Shown: positions 39,921 to 53,099 of the stretch, piece after piece
How positions within the stretch are numbered: the first letter of the stretch is position 1
How the letters are laid out: each line of letters starts with the position of its first letter
Source of the DNA: Octopus sinensis
Lineage: Eukaryota
NCBI RefSeq assembly: GCF_006345805.1
Contig: NC_043001.1
Location: 94,922,001-94,986,000, forward strand
Reading direction: 5' to 3'
DNA: 64,000 bases
Notes under the pieces: model-generated
Seen by the model: the letters and a program-made list of their open reading frames with translations, nothing else
What the model was told of the DNA's origin: nothing
Database searches by the model: none
Position numbers and translations under genes: made by a program

Positions 39921-40629
39921 TATATAAAGCGAACAATTATAGAAACTCCACATAGTGTAATACTGACTAATATCTGGAATCTATAATTCCATATTATCAT
40001 GTATTTGTTTTTTCCTTTTACACGAACAATCAATCTAACTCAGTATCATTGGAATGCATGTGACAATAGCGTTAATTTAAGCGTCATACGCAAACTATTC
40101 ACTTAGAGTTTTAGATAAATTTTTATTATACTCATTCTCCTCAAATCAAATTGACTACTGCATTCCCTTGTTGGCATTTTGAGTGTAACATATATAATCA
40201 TAATTCAATGAGATTCTAATTATTGGTTCTTGCGTTATTTCTATTTACAGTTTAAGTTGTCTGGGTGACAGATATACTTTGTTTTCAGAAAGCGACTTTT
40301 TTTCTCTCATTTCAGACCCAAGGACAGTATAAATTGTCGTATAGCCATCACAAAATATTTACTCCATAACATATTGCTAGTAAGCAAATCAGAATTAAAT
40401 TTCAATGACAAGTTTGCCTTGATATCTCCAGTAGTGATGATATTTTCCCCAATCATCCCATTCTCTTTCTGTCACCCATTCCAATTCTAATTCTGTCACC
40501 AGGTTAAACGTTCACCGCAACAAACTTGGAACGCCTGCCGGATATTTCATATTTCCCTCAAATCGTTCATTATCTTCTTTCGTTCAAATGAAGAAAGTTC
40601 TTCGATATAGTTTAAGATAATTACAAGAC

Positions 40630-41075
40630 TATGTAATTTTTTAATATGCTGGCCATTGATAAATTTTTTTCGAAAACTTTTATCCTATATTAGATGTAAA
40701 TTTAATGGTGATCACTTCCGGACTCTCTCACCCTATGGGAGTTTTCAGTTCGAATCGCACGTGCCTCGAGATGTGCTGAAGAATTTCTATTTTGGATATA
40801 TTTGAGGTACTTACGTCTGCTCATGAATTAGTGCTTGCTTCTTCCATAGGTATGAGTAAGTATTTCATTTATGTCTTACGTATTTATCGCTGACGAGTAC
40901 AACATTTTTAAGAATTAACTCTGACCGATACTGTAATAACGAATTGTTTAGAAATTTTTGTCGGCTTACTTCGAGACGCGTATTTATAGTGATGAATTAT
41001 ATGGTTATTGAGAATTTATCTTTTTACGGCATATTAGGCATTAGAATTTTTTCTTTTGCCCTTGTTTATAAATTA
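40630..41075 (-). mobile_element. degenerate copy of the foldback element seen at 58.4-59.4 kb
   Basis: Shares ttttaatatgctggccattgataaa...cctatattagat, atacttactcatacc(t/c)atgga and cattagaa(a)tttttc.tttgccct segments with 58452-59426. Confidence 0.7.
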
Positions 41076-41096
41076 TATATATATATATATATATAT

Positions 41097-41197
41097 AATG
41101 TACAATAATGGTATAGTAAGTTTTGCTTCATATATTGACATACTTTCAGGACTGAATAATTTGATGGGACTTTCATGCGTTTAACTACTTAAGCATG

Positions 41198-41228
<31 letters not shown>

Positions 41229-41329
41229 ATAATGTACAATAATGGTATAGTAAGTTTTGCTTCATATATTGACATACTTTCAGGACTGAATAATTTGATG
41301 GGACTTTCATGCGTTTAACTACTTAAGCA

Positions 41330-41335
<6 letters not shown>
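41097..41335. repeat. tandem duplication, period ~134 bp, bounded by TA tracts
   Basis: The segment aatgtacaataatgg...ttaagcatg occurs at both 41097 and 41231 and appears identical. Confidence 0.9.
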
Positions 41336-41370
<35 letters not shown>

Positions 41371-41377
<7 letters not shown>

Positions 41378-42257
41378 GAGGGTAATATTATTCATAGGTA
41401 CCGCACGCTAGGAGGGACTTTTGCAGTCAAAAGTACTAAAATAAACAAATTGTACCGAATGCAAAACTTCAAAGCAAGTCATTTAAAAACAGAATTTAGT
41501 TACATATCACCTGTGATTTCGCAATCAATGCAGAATATGCATTCTATGCTCTTCAGTGCAACGAACCCAAGACATATAAGAAAAAACACAACATTACAAA
41601 CCCGACAGCCAACCGTAAAATTCGCCGCAACATGTACGAATGTTTATCTTTACATATATATGAAAATGGCGGGCTTATTCGCAATGCATTTCGGTTAAAT
41701 TTGCCTACTCGAAACAAAAATTCAGTATTGAATTGTTCCGGTGAAAAATATTAATTTAAAATTAAGGATAAACTCTTTATAAGAAATTATCAGTGGTTAG
41801 CGTGAAAAACATCGTAAGAGAAAAATCTGTAAATTTTTCAACTTTGAAAATATTTATTTATATTATATAGAGGGTACTATTATTCATAGGTATCGCACGC
41901 TAGGAGGGACTTTCGCAGTCAAAAGTACTAAAATAAACAAATTGTACCGAATGCAAAACTTCAAAGCAAGTCATTTAAAAACAGAATTTAGTTACATATC
42001 ACCTGTGATTTCGCAATCAATGCAGAATATGCATTCTATGCTCTTCAGTGCAACGAACTCAAGACATATAAGAAAAAACACAACATTACAAACCCGACAG
42101 CCAACCGTAGAATTCGCCGCAACATGTACGAATGTTTATCTTTACATATCTATGAAAATGGCGGGCTTATTCGCAATGCATTTCGGTACCAATTTGCCTA
42201 CTCGGAACAAAAATTCAGTATTGAAATATTCAGGTGAAAAATATAAATTTAAAATTT
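41371..42257. repeat. tandem duplication, period 492 bp (about 1.8 copies)
   Basis: Units start ttatatagagggta at 41371 and 41863; the duplicated ORFs 41450 and 41942 are near-identical. Confidence 0.92.
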
Positions 42258-43228
42258 GAAATTCGTGGTGGATGCAATCAGGAATTACATTAGGATTTCC
42301 CGAAAACTTACGAAGGGAAAAATGATTAAATTGTATCAATAATAGAGATATATATGCTTTCTTTAAAGAGCAGGGAGTGAAACATGTTAAAATGACCGCG
42401 AAATATGCCAAAAAGTGTGGGGAACGACAATATGTTAAATTGAACACGATAAACATTATCGAAAGATTTACAACATTCATGGCTAACATTGAAATATCAG
42501 TTAACATTCTTATGAAATACTGTTATATATTTTGTCATGTAAGCAAGTAGATATGGGTAACGAAACGTGTATATGAATGTATGTATTCTCTGAGAATGGA
42601 CTAAACAGAACAGGAGGGGACACTTGCAATGACGTGTCGCTGATGTAATCACAGCTGTGTGACAAAAGATTTCCATACAGTGAACCCGAAGTAAAAATAA
42701 TGATGAACAAGTGAAGAACGAATATATAGTAATTGTTTAAAGATCAATCACATTTTTGGCAACAAAATATTACCGTCACGAAATGCAACAATGCATGTTT
42801 CACCACAGGAATTCCCATCAGGAAACTTTCAAACAAATACATAAACGTATAACGGTATGTGTGTGTGTGGTGTGTGTGTGTGTGTGTGTGCGTGTGTAGA
42901 TATAGACACACACAGTCCCAAACATGTATATGTATTTATGTATGATTGCATGTATATATGTATATATTTATGTGGTATTTTTTTCCTCTTATTTCTGTTA
43001 TTCTGATAACTGTTTTCAAGTCACGTTTAAAATAATAAACTGTAATCGGAAACGCTAGCAGTTAATACCTATCTGCAATCAAAGTTTTCTTGTATTTTTT
43101 GTTGTTACTGTTTATATGAATTTTATTGCGTCATGCAACATTGCGTGGTGCGGGGCATTCAATATTTTGCATAACGGGAACACCATAAATACATTGAATA
43201 TTCAATGTTTGTCGTTTCGTTGTTTCGT

Positions 43229-43760
43229 AAGGCGTCGTGCTGGCAGAAACATTAGCACGAGGGCGAGATGCGTAGCCGTATTTCGTCTGGTGCTACATTC
43301 TGAGTTCAAATTCCGCCGAAGTCGACTTTGCCTTTCATCCTTTCGGGGTCGATAGATTAAGTACCAGTTACGTACTGGAGTCGATGTAATCGACTTAATC
43401 CGTTTGTCTATCCTTGTTTGTCCTCTCTGTGTTTAGCCCCTTGTGGGTAGTAAAGAAATAGGTATTTCGTCTGCCGCTACGTTCTAAGTTCAAATTCCGC
43501 CGAGGTCGACTTTCCCTTTTATCCTTTCGGGGTCGATTAAATAAGTACCAGTTACGCACTGGGGTCGATATAATCGACTTAATCCGTTTGTCTGTCCTTG
43601 CTTGTCCCCTCTCCGTTTTTCACCTTGTGGGCAATAAATAAATAAGAAGCGTTAGCGCGCCGGGCGTTTGGATTCGATAAAATATGTAGCATTTGAATGC
43701 TTGGGTCAATGTAATCAAATTAATCCCTTTCAGAAAATTGGTGGCCTCCTTCCAAATTTT
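43229..43760 (+). mobile_element. SINE family B tandem array (full copy, 5'-truncated copy, degenerate copy)
   Basis: Units at about 43229-43460, 43461-43645 and 43646-43760 share the core and tail. Confidence 0.88.
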
Positions 43761-43774
43761 GAAAGCAATATAGA

Positions 43775-44290
43775 TAAAACAGTAGATTGTGGTTTCGATT
43801 CCAGGACCGGATGACACGTGTTCTTGAGCAAAATATTTCATTTCCCTTTGCTCCAATCTACTCAGCTGGCAAAAATGAGTAACGCTGCGATGGACTGGCT
43901 TCCTGTCCAGCTGGAGAACACATACGCCATTGAAACCGGGAAAGCGAGCCCATGAGACTGGCTAGGGTTTAAAAGGGAGCATTTATCTCAATGTCCCAGT
44001 GGTTAGGGCAGCGGACTCGCGTTCTGAGGATCGCCGCTTACATTCCCAGACCGGGTGTTGTATGTGTTTATTGAGCGAAAACACCTAAAGCTCCGCGAAG
44101 ATCCGACAGGGGGTGGTGGTGACCCCTGCTGTACTCTTTCGCCCCAGATGTTTCTCACTCTTTCTTCCTGTTTCTTGAGTAATGCTGCGATGGACTGGCG
44201 TCCCATCCAGCTGGGGGGAACACATACACCATTGATACCGGGAAACTGGGTCCATGAGCCTGGCTAGGCTTGTAAAGGGCGCATAAATAA
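43775..44290 (+). mobile_element. two tandem SINEs (family C) with a conserved GCTGCGATGGACTGGC..CC..TCCAG central domain
   Basis: The motif occurs at about 43884 and 44184, each preceded by tRNA-like boxes. It resembles the V/Meta-type SINE cores as recalled. Confidence 0.7.
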
Positions 44291-45377
44291 AAGATTGATA
44301 AACATATTTCCGCGTTCAGAGAACATCTAACACAACATAAATATATAACGCTATTTTATTTATTGCTGTACTTGGACACACATTTTTGTTCCTTCTTTTG
44401 CCATCATTACACTTGTATACATATATGTACGTGCGTGTGACTCTGTGGGTGTATGTGTGAGTGCACGTGTGTGTATATATATATACTTGCTGATATGTAT
44501 GTAGATATATGAATATGTATATATACATATGTACATTTTCATAACATAAGTGTGTTCGTATATCTGTTTGTGCTTGTGTACATGAATGTATGTGGATATG
44601 AGTAAATGCTCGTGTGTGAGTTTGCATTTTCAATTATTTATTCCACAGGGTATTGGATAAAGTTCCAAGTACTTATAATACAATTCCATCTGTGTATTTT
44701 ATCTCTGTATATTATTCTATAATTTCATCGTATTTCTTCACAGGGTAGCATTAAATTACCAAACGAATTACTTACGGAAACTGAAAAGTATATATATCTA
44801 CAAAATATCACAAGGTACTTTTAGCAATTACATTACATCTCACTATAAGCCTTTGTGTGTTTCCTATTTCCATGGATTCTTCGAATGAAGCATTCTCTAA
44901 TTTCAACAATGATTTATATGTTAGCGATGCGGTGTATATAAATTCTACACGCTGTATAAACGTCTTTACATTCAACGAAGAATATGAAAAACTATCATTA
45001 CTGTTCGCGTAGAGGTCATCGACAATTGATAATATCCCACGAAATCAGGGTTAGAAGAAACGCAAAGTCTCTTAATCCATATCCGTAATATAGAGTCGAA
45101 TTTCTATTTCCATCATAGCTTCGGGGATTTTCGTAGAAACACGTACGGTGTATAATTATCGAGTATATGCCCCATTAAGAAGGTTAAAGCCAAAACCTGG
45201 AATCTCATCAATCACCCATCCATTCGTTTTCTTCTTCATTCTACATGCCGTCACTCGCTTTCCTTTCTGAAATTACTCTTCTGCTCTTCATATTCCTCCA
45301 TTACTTACTTTCCCTCTCTTACTCTCTAGTTCTCATTTTCCCTCTCTCTACATCCCTCTTTTTCACCCTCTCTTTCT

Positions 45378-45418
<41 letters not shown>

Positions 45419-45468
45419 ACAATATATATTCATATATGTGTGTATATGTGTGTATGTATTTATGTATG

Positions 45469-45508
<40 letters not shown>

Positions 45509-45889
45509 GATTGTATGTACACTTAAATACGTACATATTTGCAAACAGACATACAAGTATAGAATGTATACATATACATATATACTTAGAAGGTAGATAG
45601 ACAGGTACGTAGATATTTTGGTGCAGGGGTGCATGCATGTTAATAACGAATTGTCCTTCAGGCTTACTGGTTCATCACGAACTCGCATTCATATTAACTT
45701 TGAAATGAGACGGTAAGATTGTTTTCGACTGATGTGCTATTATAATCCCAATTTAATTCTTCACAAAGGTCCAGAAGCAAAATGGAAGCCTTCCCAGCTG
45801 AAGTCTTATTGTCAAAGCGTACTGCAGGTGAATATAATTACATTATAAATGCGTGTATGCAGATGTGCTTGCATGCGCCATAATATTCT

Positions 45890-46132
45890 TCTTTTTTTTC
45901 TTCTTTTCTTCTTCTTCTTCTTCTTCTTCTTCTTCTTCTTCTTCTTCTTCTTCTTCTTCTTCTTCTCCTTCTTCTACACCTTCCTTTTCTTCTTCTACAC
46001 CTTCTTCTTCTTCGTCTCCTAACTCATCATCCGCCTTTTCCTCCTTCTCAGCCTCTTCCTCTTCTTCTTCTACGCTCTCCACTCCTCTTCTTCTTCTTCT
46101 TCTGAATTTCATTATTGTTATTATTATTGTTA

Positions 46133-46184
<52 letters not shown>
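45890..46184. repeat. (TTC)n + (ATT)n microsatellite
   Basis: Directly visible; source of the poly-E and poly-S ORFs. Confidence 0.95.
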
Positions 46185-46738
46185 GAGTGAGAGCGCAGTG
46201 CATGCCATCAAAGTGACAATGGGGTAAAATATACGAAGCCCAGTATACCCATTATCACAAACCGTCTGATAAGGGTACACTAGGCACATGCATCACAACC
46301 ATATGTGCGCGACATGGTGATCTCATATCAAGATAAACAGCACATGACCTTGCAGGTGGGGCCCAGTTAGAATTTTCTTCAGGTCGGGTAACCCATCCCA
46401 CTCGAAAGGTCCCTGAATAAGGGTTGTTTAAGGATGTTGAACGAAACACCCAGGTTTTCAGAGGTGAATTATTCAAACCCCAAAGAATCCCTCTCAACAC
46501 ACGGCTATGATGCTCCCCCACTACTTCTGCTCGTGATCAGAGATGCACATATCGTCAGCCACTAAGAGACATGCTCAACTGGTTAAGGTCAAACAACTGA
46601 CAAGCAAATCTGTGGTATTGAGCAGAATATTTGCTGTAGCCCATCTTTTATATCAAGACAAAACAATGTACATGATAACACTTCCAATCAGTTAAGATCA
46701 GAAGCCATGAGAGCCACTGCTTGGTACTGCTTCAGGGC
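46185..46738 (-). repeat. ~550-bp (AAT)n-flanked interspersed element
   Basis: High identity to 47250-47799 and 55845-56397; ATT repeats on both sides. Confidence 0.92.
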
Positions 46739-46891
46739 ATTTATTATTATTATTATTATTATTATAATTAATATTATCATCATCATCATCATCATCGTCA
46801 TCGTCATCGCCGTCGTCGTCATCGTCGTCGTCGTCATCATCATCGTCATCGTCATCATCATCATCATCATCATCATCATCGTTATCATGTT

Positions 46892-46929
<38 letters not shown>

Positions 46930-47004
46930 CCATCATCATCTCCACCATCTTCATCATCAGCATCGTCGTCGTCGTCGTCATCATCATCATCAGCAATACC
47001 ATCA

Positions 47005-47040
<36 letters not shown>

Positions 47041-47096
47041 GTAGTAGTAGTAGTAGTAGTAGTAGTAATAGTAGTAGTAGTAGTAGTAGTAGTAGT
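46739..47096. repeat. compound ATT/ATC/GTC/AGT trinucleotide array
   Basis: Directly visible. Confidence 0.95.
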
Positions 47097-47183
47097 ATTC
47101 AGGTCACTGCTTGGACCTATGGCATAGTGGTTAAGAGCGCGGGCTACTAACACCAGGATTCCGTGTTCGATTCCAAACAGTGA

Positions 47184-47190
<7 letters not shown>
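47097..47190 (+). mobile_element. short tRNA-derived element with 13-bp terminal inverted repeat and (AAT)n tail
   Basis: A box TGGCATAGTGG (47120-47130), B box GTTCGATTCC (47165-47174), ends ATTCAGGTCACTG / CAGTGACCTGAAT. Confidence 0.8.
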
Positions 47191-47224
<34 letters not shown>

Positions 47225-47249
47225 TAATAATAATAATATAATAATAAAT

Positions 47250-47799
47250 GCCCTGATGCAGTACCGGCAGTGGCTCTCATGGCTTCTGATCTTAACTGAT
47301 TGGAAGTGTTATCATGTACATTGTTTTGTCTTGGTATAAAAGATGGGCTACAGCAAATATTCTGCTCAATACCACAGATTTGCTTGTCAGTTGTTTGACC
47401 TTAACCAGTTGACCATGTCCCTTAGTGGCTGACGATATGTGCATCTCTGATCACGAGCAGAAGTAGTGGGGGAGCATCATAGCCATGTGTTGAGAAGGAT
47501 TCTTTGGGGTTTGAATAATTCACCTCTGGAAACATGGGTGTTTCGTTCAACGTCCTTAAACAACCCTTATTCAGGGACCTTTTGAGCGGGATGGGTTACT
47601 CGATCTGAAGAAAATTCTAACTGGGCTCCACCTGCAAGGTCATGTGCTGTTTATCTGATATGAGATCACCATGTCGCGCACATATGGTTGTGATGCATGT
47701 GCCTGATGTACCTTTATCAGACGGGTAGTCATGATGGTATACTGGGCTTCGTATATTTTACCCCAGTGTCACTTGATGGCATGCTCTGCTCGCTCACTC
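47250..47799 (+). repeat. ~550-bp (AAT)n-flanked interspersed element
   Basis: Starts GCCCTGATGCAGTACC and ends CTCACTC-(AAT)n. Confidence 0.92.
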
Positions 47800-47842
<43 letters not shown>

Positions 47843-47890
47843 TCGAAAAATACCATAGGAATGAAAACCCAGGTTCGAAATTTGCCCAAG

Positions 47891-47932
47891 ACAACCGACG
47901 AAGGCTGGATGGTATATCAGCCGAAATATGTA
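47891..47932 (+). ncRNA. degenerate hammerhead-like motif (PLE-type)
   Basis: CCGACGA-A-GGCTG-gatggtatat-CAGCC-GAAA-tatgta has a perfect 5-bp stem II and a GAAA core. The first core is variant and stem I is not evident. Confidence 0.3.
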
Positions 47933-47989
47933 AATAATGTAAATAATATACGCAATTCGTCATCTTTTAAATGTAGAATTGTATCGCCA

Positions 47990-49860
47990 TAATTGCTCTG
48001 TTTGTCGCGTTTTACCTTGATAATGTAGTCACCAACGAGACATTCTGTATTGATTATCATACATGTCCTTCATTTATATTTTCACCACATTAATATTCGC
48101 TTTCCGATGTCTGACGAGGTGATCCCACTGAATCATTGCATCCCACAGGTTTTTCAATTTTTATTCTCGGCAATTCCTGGGATTTTCTCATACCAAGTTT
48201 TGCTCTTTTGTAGGAGGTGATTTTCAAAAAGCTTCCATCGGATCATTCTTGCCGTAATGTCATGGCTTCTTTTGTCTTCGTGTTGTGCCAATTTCGGTCA
48301 TTCGCTGACTATGTACCATATCGTTTTACCTCTCCCACCACACGTTCTGCATTTGTCGCTGCCGTTACTATTGTCGATTCTACATTCTCATATTTAAATC
48401 CTCAAAGCTTGTTTTTATGCTGCGCTTATGTAAGTGATTTTCTCTCCATCTCCAGGTCACTCCTCTATAGACAACAGTCTTCTGTATCTATCTTGTCGTT
48501 CATATCATTTGCAAACTGACCATACATGTTTCTTTTTTTGTGTTCTTTTCCTCTTTATGTTTTTCTTCCTCTACACAATTAGCACTTTTAAGATGCCGGA
48601 CTTCTTTACTATTTTTAACAATAGTTCCACGGGTTTTTTTTACATAATACCTTGATCTGTTCTCCTCTGTTTTGACAAACTAATAAAACATCTGGCAACT
48701 AATAAAATATCTCCTGCCCTTTCTCCTGGACAGTCACTGTCTACCAGAGTCACTCTTAGTGTGGAAATATCCGTGCACAGTCAATATATTTCTTGTCTAT
48801 TTATCCTTGTTAATCAGATATTTCTTTTGCCAGTTTATATTTGTAGCCCCATACCGAAGTGATGCAATCACCCATGCATTATCTAATGGAATTTTATTAT
48901 ATCCGGTTAATTGTGAGCGCAACTGCAATCTTAGCCTCCAGAAGTATTATATCGTCGGTTGTTCTTTCATTTATTTCTCCATGAAGAGGCGGTGGTTGAT
49001 TCTTCGGGATTTTATCTTTATCTGATATCCCAGGTTTAGTTCCCTAAGTACCACGGTCAAAGGCATCATTCAAAGATTAAAAAATCAAGAGTGATAAGCT
49101 ATCCCCTTCAACATCCTTCTTCTGATACCCCGTGTGCCCAAGCTTCGTTCGTACTATGTTACCTCAATTTTCTAACCCACCATACTTCCCTTCAGAAAAT
49201 ATATTACATTCTTCAAAATTCAAAACAAATATAAACACTCGACGATCCACGAATATGGAATCGTATTATACGCTTTGCGATAGTCAATGTAGGTAATTCC
49301 TAATTTTCTTCTTCGTTTACACTCATCTTGCATTACCATTCTGTCTGTCAATATTTAGTCCTTGGCATTCTTACAATCTTTTTATTCCATCTGTAATATA
49401 TCATTCTCGTCAAGTAAATTATGTACTTCTCCAATTAATCTCAGCAGTAACTTCCACATTAATGTCATGCAAGAAATTGGCCTGTGATTTTCAGCAGTAT
49501 TCTCTTTTTATATATCATTCAGACACTGGACGTCCTATTGTCAACCAATCCGGGATTTCTTCTGTTCCATCGATTAACGCATTAAATGATTTGCTATCAA
49601 TTGATAGTAAATCAATGGTACCTACTGATTTTTTTTTATCCAAAATTCCTGTACAACATCAGGTCCTGCTCGTTACCGGTATCATCTCTCTTTATAACTC
49701 CTTCCGTCCATTTCATTATGTTGCATCGCTAATTCCTTCTCTGGCCGTTATTTTGTTATCGCTCCGTTTTTCTCTCAAAATCTTTCCTACCGAAGATCGT
49801 AGAATAGAAACGTCAGTACTTTTTCTATATCCCCTGAGCATTACATTAATACACCTGCAT
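47990..49860 (-). mobile_element. old R4/Dong-type non-LTR element (RT + CCHC + RLE), heavily degenerate
   Basis: Fragments TYIDYRKAY, GDSLS.LIF, RINHRLFM, CRTCGGRGKTIWYIVSE*PKLAQHEDKRSHD, WYEK and LWDAMIQWDHLVRHRK. Confidence 0.8.
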
Positions 49861-50252
49861 GTTTATCCTTCACCATTCTTCAACATTCATTTTCTGTAAA
49901 TTGATCTATATAGATATATGTATGTGTGTGTTACTGTGTACATGTGTGTGCATATATATGTGTTTGTATATATATATATATATATATATGTATATGGGGA
50001 GGGCGGGGAGAGTGTGTGTATGTGTATGTGTGTATGGACCTGTGTACGTAAATGTGTGGTTATCATGTGTGTGCAAAGGCATGGGTCTGTGTGTGTATGG
50101 TGGTGTGAATATATCTCAAGTACATGAAGAGAACTGTGCTCACGCGAGCGTGAGTGTGAAAATGCTTCTCTTTAGCAACTGATGTATGTATGTTCAGATG
50201 GTGTATGCACGCGTCGGTGACCCTATAGTACCCATTGATATGTGTGTGTATA

Positions 50253-50348
<96 letters not shown>

Positions 50349-51900
50349 TGTTAGATAATAAAACGATTGGTTTATGCCTTGTTGCATTTATAAGTTCTGA
50401 GAATTGATGCATTGAAGTTCTCACCTAATAAGGAAATTTTATTAGGATTCAATGTGCACCCTTGGTATTTTTTTATTCAACGTATAACTTGATATCTAAA
50501 TACTTAAGTAAATTATTAGGCGAAAGTTCATCTTGGTAATCCTTGTTTCTTCTGAACGGCATTCACTGAACCAAACTCTGATGGTACAAATAGTTCAACC
50601 AGGATTACATGTGTTTTCATATAAAATAATGACAGTCGGTATATATTTTTGTGTATGTTTATATTTGCATTATAAACGTTCATTTTCAAATATCTTCCGG
50701 AGATTGTAATATAAGCAGGTGGGCTTTCGAATTTGACTACATAGAGCATCAACGATTTGGATGGACAACTTTCATTTACGAATGCACAGGATTTTTATTT
50801 GGCGGCAATGATACAAATTAAATTAAATTATATATTATTAATCTGAGGCATATTAAAGATTGCAATTTTGATTTGTTTTTATGATTAAATTTCATATTCA
50901 GCTTAATTTTAATTTTTCTCTCAATTATATATTGGTACACAAAGACGACATTATTCCATGCAGTTCATATTTTGTAGTATATTACTTCAATCTTATTTGG
51001 TAACGTGTATTGTGCGTTATATTTTGCTAAGAACTTTGAACTACTTTTGCTCAAATGTATAAATTTTGAATTTTTCAAATGTATGAGCATACACAACGTG
51101 ATAATTTTGTCGAATTTACAAAATTTATGAAATATAACATAATATCCAGTGGCTATTTTCAGTAAATATTTTACATCTGTTTGGTTTTGAAGAACAAGTA
51201 TATATGAATTTAGGTTGTTATATACCATCAAACTATAAATATTACCATTAGTCAATACACAACATTACATAATCCACAAGTGAATAAAATCTTTATTTCA
51301 TGTAACACAAAGGAGGTGAAATATAGCACGCGATATGTCCTGTAGCATATATTCTCTTCATTAATCATTTTGAATTGCCACCAATATATATTTGTAAGCA
51401 GTCATTTCACATAACAGTAGCAGTTAATAATAAACTATATTTCATCAGATTTCAGTCATAATTCCTTTTAGGCAAATGGAATTGAATAAACGCAAACACA
51501 AAATAATTTGATTTATGAGAAAAAATCATGCAATTTACCAAATAAATATTTACCAATTTTTGTTGCAATATTTACTAACCAACGTCCGTAGTGAAACCGT
51601 TTACTGCATGGTTATTCCGTTATGTTTTTTAAGGGAAGTTATAAATTGCCAGAAATAACAAGGCCTGAAATACTGGATTTTACAGGGTGCATAAATATGT
51701 GTGAATCCAATAGCAATAGAAAAGTGTGAATCATCTACTATGCAACAAATAATGCATAATACCATAATATACAGCTTACATTCTCTATTCCAAGGTTTCA
51801 GAAGTTTTGTCAATAGAAATGTCTTAGCACAACATGTAAAACGGCAATACACGAAGTGCATCTCTACATCAATAGAAGGATGCATACATATGTTAATATA

Positions 51901-52028
51901 GTGGCTGTGTGAAAAGAAGTTTGCTTTACAACCACATTACTCATATTTTGGGCAAGTGTCTTCTCCTATAGCCTCGGCCAACCAAAACCTTGTGAGTGGT
52001 TTTATTAGAGGAAAATGAAATAAGCCCG

Positions 52029-52090
<62 letters not shown>

Positions 52091-52425
52091 GTGTGTGTGT
52101 GTATGTATATATATATATATATATATATATAATTATGTGTGTGTGTATGTATATATATATATTATATATATATCTATATATATATATATGTACGTATATA
52201 TGTATATATGTTTATGTATGTATATATTTGTGTATGTGTGTTTGGCCCTCGAGCATCAATTAACACCCGATGTTGGTGTGTTTGCGTCCACGTAACTTAG
52301 TGGTTCGGCAATATACACCGATAGAATAAGTAGTAAGTTTCCAAAGAATAAGTCTGAAGGTCGAAATCTTCGAGTAAAAGCGGTGCTACAGCATGACCGC
52401 GGTCAAAAGACTGAAACATGTAAAT
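51901..52425 (+). mobile_element. tRNA-derived SINE family A, diverged
   Basis: Collinear with 7426-7826. Confidence 0.85.
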
Positions 52426-53099
52426 ATACGTATATATAGAGAGAATGATATAGGTACTATGCTTTGTTATACGAACAGGAAACATATTTAGAATGTAAAT
52501 ATATTTCCCCCAAAATATAAATCACTTATAAATATTAGACTGATAAAATTTAAATCAAATAACTATTTTATTAGCAAACCCAAATTGCGGTGGTTTAAGA
52601 TATGGAAGTACACTTCTGTACTGGTAAAAATTACATATTCTTTAAGTACAATCCTTAGTGTAGAGTTATGTCTTGGTTATCTTAGCGTAAAAATATTTCT
52701 TAAAAAATATCTATTTGCTGTTACGAATTGTAAAAAAAGAACAACTACTCTGGTGAACAAAGAATTTGTCCGAGGAAAAGTATACATGTATCATATGGTT
52801 TTGCATGCATAATTCTCTTTTTCACGATATCCCTCTCAGGTTCTGCCACGTGGACTGAATTTCTGTTAAGCTGTTTAGATGTGAAGTGTACGATTTTAGA
52901 ATTACTCTTAATTTAAATGTTTATGAACAGGATTAACTTAATGAAATCATAAATCCACCTATCTAAGTTAATGGGAAACCAAATTTGCCAACATTGAATC
53001 GATGATTCACCTATTCTTTGTCAGTACTATGCTTGAAGTGCAGGCGTGCGATTGTATATTAAGCTTACATATTTCATTCACTTTCATAGTGCCAGCAAA

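Noticed and set aside
41450-42259. Duplicated 82/105-aa ORFs as a gene pair
   Set aside because: They arise from the 492-bp tandem duplication, start at non-ATG codons and contain no recognisable motif.
45843-47153. Poly-E/K, poly-S, poly-I/M/D ORFs
   Set aside because: Trinucleotide arrays (TTC, ATT, ATC, AGT) read in frame.
47116-47180. Possible tRNA gene
   Set aside because: A and B boxes are present but there is no acceptor stem; treated as a SINE-type element.
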